64,000 nt of DNA from Eledone cirrhosa (taxonomy: Eukaryota), in assembly GCA_964016885.1 (NCBI GenBank), contig OZ024741.1, positions 316,200,001 through 316,264,000 on the forward strand. The letters are read 5' to 3'. Below the pieces are notes generated by a model, which saw only the letters and a list, made by a program, of their open reading frames with translations, was not told the DNA's origin and made no database searches. A program made the translations under genes and the position numbers. Of the stretch, positions 55,792-64,000 are shown piece after piece. Position 1 is the first letter of the stretch. Every line of letters starts with the position of its first letter.

Positions 55792-55889
55792 TTTCGGGAA
55801 AAAAACAAAACAACCAAACAGAAATGGATATTTTACTCCAGCTATTTATAACACTGACGAAACTAATTTAATTTTCATGCAATTCCTAA

Positions 55890-56374
55890 GCACAATTTAT
55901 TCTTGAGCTCTATCACATTTCTTCAAATAAAGTTTAGAACAATCAAGAATTTGGAAAGATTTTGTAATACAACTTTCAAGTCAAATTATTGTTTGGAGCA
56001 TTGGTAAAAACAATCTTTAACATAAAATTATGATGGAAGGTCCTTAGCTAAATATAATCATGTTAAAATAAACAGCTTTGTACCGTAGAACCAGGGGCGG
56101 TTTCAACTAATTTTGTATTAAAAGGGCTAACCCTTTCGTTCCCAAATTTCTAATTCAAGACACTGCCTATTATTCTCAAATATTATTTTTTAAATAATCA
56201 AAAATTTGGAGGGATTTATTAAAATAACTTTTTCGTTAATAAGATTGGAACATAACTTAAAATAGGTTCTTACATATAATTATGGTGGAAGGTTTTAAAT
56301 AAATATAAACAGTTTAAACTAAATAATTTTTAAACACATGAGTAAGGGCAATTTTAGGTAATTTTGTCGTTTAA
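55890..56374. mobile_element. Two tandem degenerate MITE-like copies, possibly piggyBac-type
   Basis: Junction aaagggctaaccctttcg at ~56121 resembles back-to-back (T)TAA-CCCTTT termini; both halves share atg(a/g)tggaagg. Confidence 0.4.
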
Positions 56375-56789
56375 CTAAGCCTCATTGCCTTCCAACTGTT
56401 TATGCAGCACTCGGCAGCAAACCTATCCAGTGCATGTCGAAAATCACCTTCCAGTGAGTTAAGTAGTAAGTACCATGTCGTCTGAAAATATCAGCCGATT
56501 GGTTCTACATCCACCTATTTTGATACCACTTCTAACCCTACTGCGAGTGTCAAACCCTCCCATGAAGGTATCCGGCACCCTTATTGAATGATTCCGACTT
56601 AGTGCCATTTATCCGAATACAAACACTAGGGCATTTATATAGGGACTTCGAAACAACAACAAGCGGCCTGTCGATCCCAAACTCTTGCGGAACTTTCCAC
56701 AACAGGTCTCATGGAATGCGGTCCTATATCTTTTCGAGGTCCACGAAACAAGTATACACTGCTTAACTATATTACCACGATTCTTCAAG

Positions 56790-56910
56790 AAATTGCCATA
56801 ATGCGAATATTTGGTCTCTAGGAAAAGTGTCTTCCGCTTCTCTTTGTCTCGTGCTGACTAACAATGCCTTGTGTAAAATTCGCTTGACGGAAACAGCGTT
56901 GAAGACCGCC
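56790..56910 (+). mobile_element. Degenerate SINE 3' part before a microsatellite
   Basis: aagtgtcttc..gccttgtg..gacggaaac..gaagaccg resembles, from memory, a common octopus SINE end. Confidence 0.4.
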
Positions 56911-56995
56911 CTACCTATTGATAGATAAATAGATAAACAGAAAGAGAGAGAGGGAGAGAGAGATCAATAGACAGACATGAAGGCAGACAGACAGC

Positions 56996-57058
<63 letters not shown>

Positions 57059-57060
57059 AA

Positions 57061-58298
57061 GATTTCTTTATTTGCCACAGGGGCGTACAAAAATGGGACA
57101 TTACAAGACGTGACAGCGGAGGTTTTACATGAAATATTTAACAATGATGAATAACAATAAACTATATATAAAATAAAACAATCGAAATCCCCATTAGGGG
57201 GGAACGTTACTGCGGAGTTGTTTTACACCCTGTGGATAGAACAACCATCAACACCAGGAACACTTTTTGTAGGTGTTCCCGTCTTCCCACTGTTTATCTT
57301 CCTCAACCTACAGGTTTATATACAGAGAAGGCCCATTCACTCGGGTCATTTTCGCCACATTCACCCACCTTTCAGCGAATTTACTGGGGTGTAGCACCTC
57401 TCTCTCCACTCTCACCTTCCTTTTGAAGTGGTACTTAAAGAAGGGGATGAGTTGTTGTCCGGAGAAAGGTGTTTGCCCTCAGTCCTTTTAACCCCGTCCA
57501 CCATATTACCTCTTTCGCCATAACCACCAGACAGAGGGAAACCGCCTCTCCTTCATTCTTAAATGAAGGCGGCGGGTGATCCTCACGATGGACTCGGCTG
57601 ACAACTGGATGCGTCCCACACGTGACAGCAGCTGTTCGACACAATTCCACAGGTCGGTCAACCCTGGGCACTGAAAAATTGCGTGCAGAACGGTTTCGAT
57701 GTCTTGGTCGATTCTTGGACAGATGCTTTTGACAGGATCTCTGCCAGAGCGTCCGTGCCTGTTGATTTTGTCTGGAACTGGTAGAGCTCCTCGGTAGCAC
57801 TGCCAGGCCAGAGACGTCTGAAAGTTATCCATAAGCCCTGGATGGAGAGTCCTCCCGAACAGACTGGTCAGTTCGTCCTCCTCGATGCCTAGAGTTTCTC
57901 CGAGAACGTCGTCGCACTTATCCTCCACTAATCCCCTATAGAATGTCGAAGTGGAGTCTCCGCTGATTGCCGTTTCCGCTTGGTGGAGGGCTGTGAGCGC
58001 CTGAAGGCACTCGAGGTGCCAGGCGCCCATTTTCGGTCTTCGTTTGACCCAGGACTGCAGCTCTGTTAGTAAGACGAGTTGTGCAGTTCGCCGGTCAGGA
58101 ATACCTGGAGATGGCGTAGCCTCAGCGCGTGTTTGCGCATCATCAGCCACGGTATGCCCAGCCCTTCATTAGAAGGGTGTTGACAGCAGATGGATCTCCT
58201 CATCAATAGAACCTGTTTCTTCCAGAGGTAATTGAAGAATAGGCGTTCCATTTTGGTGAGGTATTCGCGGAGACAAGGCATGACTGTCAAGCGGTAGT
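57061..58298 (-). mobile_element. 5'-truncated, frameshifted Tx1-like copy flanked by (GATA)n
   Basis: Homologous to 58563-59590 (YYRLTV.PC, WQCYRGALPV, CPR..ETV.HA..C); (GATA)n at 56996-57057 and 58300-58320. Confidence 0.9.
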
Positions 58299-58320
58299 AG
58301 AGATAGATAGATAGATAGAT

Positions 58321-61300
58321 ATATTTCTTTATTAGCCACAGGGGCACAAAAGAAGGGGACAAGTACAAAGGGGGAAGTTTACATACAATAAAAACGTGTA
58401 AAATGTTATCACAAATGGAATTTAAAAAGTTAGTCGATTTTCCCCAATAGAGGGAGACAGTTTATATGGGTAACACATACCCCCGAATAAAAATGTGCAA
58501 CCCTCATCTCCAGGAGTACGAAGAGTTTGTATCCCTTTCCTCTCTTCCTCTTTTTCCTCAACCTACAGGCTGATATAGAGATAAGGCCCATTCACTCGGG
58601 CCATTCTCGTCACTTTCACCCACCTTTCATAAAACTTGCTGGGGTACAGCACCTCTCTCTCCATCCTGATTCTTCTTCCAAAGTGGTATTTGAAAAAAAG
58701 AATCAGTTGTTGGCCGGAGAGAAAGGTGTCTGACCTCAGCCCTTTCAACCTTGTCCACCATACAACCTCTTTCGCCATAGCTATCACACAAAGGAAAACC
58801 GCCTCTCCTTCGTTTTTGAAGGAGGGTGGCGGTTTGATCATGACAATGGACTCGGTGGTCAACTGGATTGGTCCCACCCGCGACAATAGTCGTTCTACAT
58901 AGCCCCACAGGTCAGTGACGCCCGGGCAGTGTATGAATGCGTGCGCGACGGTTTCTTCGTCTCGCACGCACCTCGGACAGATCTTTTTTGCAGGGTCCCT
59001 GCCCGGGCGCCCATGTCTGTAGAGCTTGTCTCGAACTGGTAGAGCTCCTCGGTAGCACTGCCAGGCCAGGGACTTTTGGAAGTTGTCCATCGGTCCCGGG
59101 CGGAAGGTCCTACCGAACAGACTGGCCAGTTGATCTTCCTCTACGCCTAGAGTTTCACCGAGCGCGTCGTCGCACTTGCTGCGGACCAACCCTCTATAGA
59201 ATGACGAAGTGGAGTCTCCACTGATCGCCGGGTCCGCCTGCCAGAGGGCTGTGAGCGCCTGAGCACATTCGATGTGCCAGTCGCCCATTTTCCTCGGTCT
59301 TTGCTTGACCCAGGACTGCAGCTCGGTCAGCGAGACGAGTCGTGGGAAGGCTCGCCTCACGAACGGGGCCCACACCGGTTGTCCGGTGAGGAATACGTAG
59401 AGATGCCGCAGCCTGAGCGCGTGTTTGCGCATCGTCAGCCACGGCATCCCCAGTCCTCCGTTAGAAGGGTGTTGGCAGCAGATGGATCTTCTCACCAAAG
59501 GAGCCCGCCTCCTCCAAAGGAATCGGAAGAGCGCGCGCTCCATTTTGGCGAGCGTTTTGGCTGGACAAGGCACGACGGTCAAGCGGTAGTAGATGGCGGA
59601 CGCTATAAAAGTGTTCGCCACCTCCGCTCGACCTTTCAAGGATAATTTGCACTCGGCTCACTTCTGGGTGAGTGCAAATACCTTGGCCGTCACTTCGTTC
59701 CAGTTCTTCTCCACCTGGAGGTCCGGACCAAACCAGACCCCGAGCAGCTTTACCGGTCCTTCCGTCCAGCGTCCGACGACGCCATCGGAAGGTATCGGTC
59801 TGCCTCTCCACGATCCGAGATGCAAACCGATGGACTTGTCCCGGTTCAGCTTCGCTCCTGTGACACTTTCGTATTCCTTCAGTAAGGTGCCGACTTCCTC
59901 GATTTGCGAGGCGCTCGACACCATTACTGTCACGTCGTCGGCGTAGGCCGACGCCGCTTTCCGCAGTCCCGGTTCCAGGGGGATGCCCTGCAATAGCTCC
60001 AGCTTCCGCAGTAGTGGCTCGAGAGTCAGTACGTACAGAAGGGAGGAGAGAGGGCATCCCTGTCGAATGGATCGCGTAATATGGAACGGCTTCGAGAGGT
60101 AGCCGTTCACCTTGACCCTTGGGTAGATGTTGCTGTTGTGCATTGCAGCAATCCAGCCCCTGAACACGGGTCCGAAGCCTGCCGCCTCGAGCACCGCATC
60201 CAGGTAACGATGGTCAACCCTATCGAAAGCCTTAGACTGATCCAAGTTGATCAGGGCCCCACCGAAGCCGGGTTTACACCCTACCCTCTCTATGATGTAT
60301 CGCATGAGGTGGAGGTTGTCGTGTATGGACCTGGTCGGGATTGCGCATGTCTGCGCTTCTCCCACCAGGTTCTCGACGACAAGCGCCAGCCTCTTTGCCA
60401 ACACCTTGGCCAAAATCTGTAACTCTGTGTTTAGCAGAGTTATGGGCCGGAAGTTGCCTATGTCATCCCCCTTATTCTCGTCCTTCCTGATTAGTGTGAC
60501 CACGCCCCCGGTTACAGAACTGGGAATTCTCCCGTTCTGTTGCCAGTTGCAGTAGACCGCTTCCAGGAGACCGGAGAATAAGTCCGGCATTGCTACGTAA
60601 AATTCGTAGGGTAGACCGTCGAGACCTGGAGATTTGCGTTTGCCGCATTGGCTCAGCGCGTCCCCTATCTCAGTGGCTGAAATCGGCTTTTCGCAGAACT
60701 TCGCCTCGCTGTCCGAGAGTCGCGGTAGGCCGTCGAGGTATGGACCGAAATCCATAGCCACCCCCGGCGCGCCGCTCCCCCCGAACAGCCGAGCAAAGTG
60801 CCGCTGAAAAGCCGCACACATCTGCTTCGGCTCACGTATCACGCGTCCGTTTTGGTCCTTCAAAGACCGAATCGTGGACTTGTTGCCACTTTTTGCCTCC
60901 GTCACTCGGGCCCAGCTAACAGCTTTGGCTCCCTCGTTTCCCAGAGCACGTATTTTGCTTCTGACAACGCAGCCCTCGTGCTTTGCGTCGAAGAACTGGT
61001 CCAAGGCCGTTCTCGTTGCTAGTACGCTGGCTACGTTGCCACTTCTAATTGCCTCTTCTACTTTATCTACCAGTTCCTTCTCGGTTCTATTTCTATCTAA
61101 CGCTAATTCTTTACTAAAAACTATCGAGTCTAATCTAACTGCCCTCTTGAGAGAGTACCACCATCTGTTGTTGACAATGGCCCCTGTCAAGTGCTGTTTA
61201 ACTAAAGTGCTAATCCGTCTACTGTAGGCTTTGCTTGTCGGTAACGACAAGTTCAGCTTCCAGTAGCCGGGTCCTTGTCTATGGGTTCTATCAAGGTTGG

Positions 61301-62015
61301 CCATGCAGGTCACTAGTTTGTGATCTGAATAGGCAACCATGAACATTTGTGGACAGTTTAACATGTCCCTATCCTTATTTCTAACTAGAACCCTATCTAG
61401 GTACGATCTAGATGTTCCGCTACGATTACTCCACGTCCACAGTGGCGCAGTCGGAAAATCTAGTCGATATCTATCGGCCAGGTCAAATCGGTCGATTAAC
61501 TGATTGGGGCTGTTACACCCCCCTTTATCGGGACATGCTCCCACATAGTCCCAACGTGCATCTAGGATTCCATTCCAGTCCCCCACTAAAAGCAAGGAGC
61601 GGGACGTTCCCAGAAAAGTCTCTAGACGTTTGAAGAAGTCTGGCCGCGGTGTCCCGGATGGGGCATATGCGGCCACCAGCCTGAATGCTCCACCTTCACT
61701 ACCGTCAACGTCTAGGACCACCAATCGACCCTCCGGGTCCAGATGTACCGTCTGTGTTACGAGGCCCAGGTGTTTCCGCAGCAAAACGGCAACTCCGCCC
61801 CCACCCCCCGGTTGACAGAGAGATGCGTAGATCTCAAAGTCATCGAAGATGGGGGCCAGCTGTCGCTCACCGTGGATCCTGGACTCGCAAATGGCTACCA
61901 CATCCATACTGTGCGACCTGAGGTCGTTTAAGAGTTTGCCCTGTTTCCAGGGCATCCCCAGGCCGCGTACGTTCACACATCGAACTCTTATATTGGCCAT
62001 GTTGGTGCTGAAAAT

Positions 62016-62016
<1 letters not shown>
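58321..62016 (-). mobile_element. Tx1/L1-clade non-LTR retrotransposon, near-intact ORF2 only
   Basis: Flanked on both sides by (GATA)n; 3' UTR ends aataaagaaat. Confidence 0.95.
58563..62000 (-). pseudogene. ORF2: APE endonuclease, reverse transcriptase and zinc knuckle, 1145 codons with one in-frame TGA at 59658-59660
   Basis: NVRGL, YAP, GDWN, LDR, SDH; KSPGLDG, RPITLLN, KAFDRV, RQGCPLS, YADD; the two listed ORFs are in the same frame, linked by TQK*AECKLSLKGR. Confidence 0.93.

Positions 62017-62081
<65 letters not shown>
62017..62081. repeat. (GATA)n microsatellite
   Basis: Direct reading. Confidence 0.95.
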
Positions 62082-62082
<1 letters not shown>

Positions 62083-62199
62083 TAGTTGGAGATAGGTGAG
62101 GGTTGTGTGTGTGTGTTTGTATATCTGTGACTGTATTTCCGTTGACACTGCTTTATAAAAACGGTGTTCTTTGTTTATGACGAGTAACGTAGCTATTGG

Positions 62200-62375
62200 G
62201 CAAATAGAAATCGATAAAATAAACAGCGGACTTCAAAATAAGTCCTGGAATCGATATCCTTTATATAGTCGAAATCCTTTATATAATAGATATAAGGGAG
62301 TCGATATAAACCTTTCAAGATGATGTCCCAGCATTGCCGCAATCTAATGAATGAATAGTGGAAATAAATAAAAGA
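62200..62375 (+). mobile_element. Degenerate SINE 3' part
   Basis: tcgataaaataa..cctttcaagatgatgtcccagcattgccgcaatctaatgaatgaa..taaaaga resembles, from memory, an octopus SINE tail. Confidence 0.4.
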
Positions 62376-62881
62376 ATAATATCTAAGCTGTGTTGTGATA
62401 TCACAAAATGATTTCCTTCCATTTTACTGTGTTCCAGAATAATTGTTTAGTTGAAAAAAAAATTTCATTTTTTGTAATGTTAGTAAAGTTTAGTTGAACT
62501 AATAATTAGTTTAGCATTTTGTAAATAAAGATCGATTTTTCTTTTATTCTCCGAAGCTCCAAGGAGTTAATTTTCAAATTGGATGGTCTAACAACTGTAA
62601 TTGGAAGCTTGGAATTATATGTATGTGTGTGTGTGTCTGTGGGGGGGGGGGGGGGTGCGTGTGAGTGTGTATATGTGTAAGTATCTACTTATGTATGAGT
62701 GAATTCCCTTTGCTACATATACAATTTAATCAATATATTTTTCTCTTTTTGTTGTTGTACTGAACACCTTAACAAAAGCTATACTCCAGCATGACCTTAT
62801 CTAAGATAGCTAACACAAATAAGAACTAAAGAACCCCATACTTTAAAATATTCATTTGTTTGTTTTTCTTAATTCCTACAG

Positions 62882-62954
62882 ATTTACTTTAATCTAGTCT
62901 CTGGATTTTATAGAAGATCTGAGTATCTGCAACAGAAAATTTTCTCTCTAAGAG
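62882..62954 (+). CDS. Candidate 73-nt internal exon of an unidentified host gene
   Basis: Polypyrimidine acceptor tttttcttaattcctacag, donor GAG|gtaaga, open frame IYFNLVSGFYRRSEYLQQKIFSLR; no recognised homology. Confidence 0.3.
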
Positions 62955-63810
62955 GTAAGACTGGTTAAAGTGCCTATTTTGCGCGAGGGCCAGCAGCAGG
63001 CCATGCATGCAAGTCTCTATGTCACAGTTGTTGTCTAAGGGATGAACGAGGAGTATACAGTTTGATACCAGTGTAAAGTGTTGCCATTAGAATGTACAAA
63101 AACGGAACAAATACCCTTTCTGATGTTTGTTCCATCTCAGTTAAAAATCACTATGCAAAAAGTAAACAGAAATAACAAAACAAAGGACACAGTTCAATGA
63201 AGAAAAATATTTAGTACAGAGATGAAAAATAAAACAAAACAAATTAATGTTTTACTTAATACTTGATATTTCAGAGCTAATAACCACATTTCAAATGTGA
63301 ATCGGAATCGGTGCAAAACAAAAACAAACGATCAATGTATTCATCCCTAATTGGTTTACGTGTCTTCAATGCGAATGCATGGAGCCGATATAGTAGCCAA
63401 TCTGCTTCGTATCACATTTCTAGCACATTGTACCGGATGTATAAATATAACGTTGAAAGAGATAGACGGCTGAACAATGCAAAATGGACTGTAAGATGAA
63501 TAACAAAAAGTTAAAGTAAGTTACCTGGTAATCTTTGTTTTTTAGATAACATGGTAACACTTGCAGCGTCGGAAGTTGATCTCCTTCATAAACTGGTGTG
63601 GTCTGCTGTCGAGTGTTGCACGCCTAGAATTTAAATCAATGCTGGGAATACAGAGACTCTCATCCTCTCAAGGAAGCCTGCACGGGGCACTCTTTATATG
63701 AGTAGACTCCCATTGAAATAAGTGTTGCAGTTTAATATATCAGGCTGTTTTACGGAGTGATGGAAGACAGAAGGCTTAATTAAGTGGAAGAATTGCAGGA
63801 GCTGATACAA

Positions 63811-64000
63811 TAATTCTTTCTACTTTTGACACGAGGCCAGCAATTATCCCAGTTCATTACTGGTGCTTCATTTTATTGACCCCGTAAGGATGAAAGGCAA
63901 AGTCAACCGCGGCGGGATTTGAACAAAGACGGTTAAGGGCCGTAACGCCATGCAGAAAAGTATGGCGGCCAACCCTCTACCAATACTACCAATCCATCGC
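63811..64000 (-). mobile_element. tRNA-derived SINE
   Basis: Same family as the 1441, 42482 and 46185 copies. Confidence 0.85.

Noticed and set aside
58627-61931. Overlapping alternative-frame and antisense ORFs within the Tx1 element
   Set aside because: Expected shadows of a GC-rich coding region; no motifs.
63520-63790. Possible exon on either strand
   Set aside because: Stops in the candidate frames and ambiguous splice sites.

Overview
Eukaryotic, AT-rich and almost entirely repetitive DNA. The SINE types and dense (TA)n/(CA)n/(GATA)n tracts suggest an invertebrate, probably a coleoid cephalopod such as octopus; this is an inference from recalled repeat motifs. About 28 kb (8.2-36.4 kb) is two abutting minisatellite arrays with 27-bp and 25-bp units, and these explain nearly all the long ORFs. 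Recognisable coding sequence is all transposon-derived: a near-intact Tx1/L1-clade ORF2 with one in-frame stop plus three relatives next to microsatellites, a rearranged Gypsy element with 171-bp LTRs and a 5-bp TSD, and R4/Dong, RTE and Penelope GIY-YIG fragments. The most notable unexplained structure is at 38-47 kb: three fold-back (long inverted-repeat) elements, each carrying a minimal type-I hammerhead ribozyme motif on both arms in opposite orientation, with related outer termini and a one-sided tail, plus several solo hammerheads. These look like non-autonomous Penelope-like or retrozyme-like elements. The Gypsy element appears to have an 11-12 nt self-priming (Tf1-like) PBS, and that same 11-mer brackets its internal rearrangement. 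All coordinates and base pairings were read by eye.
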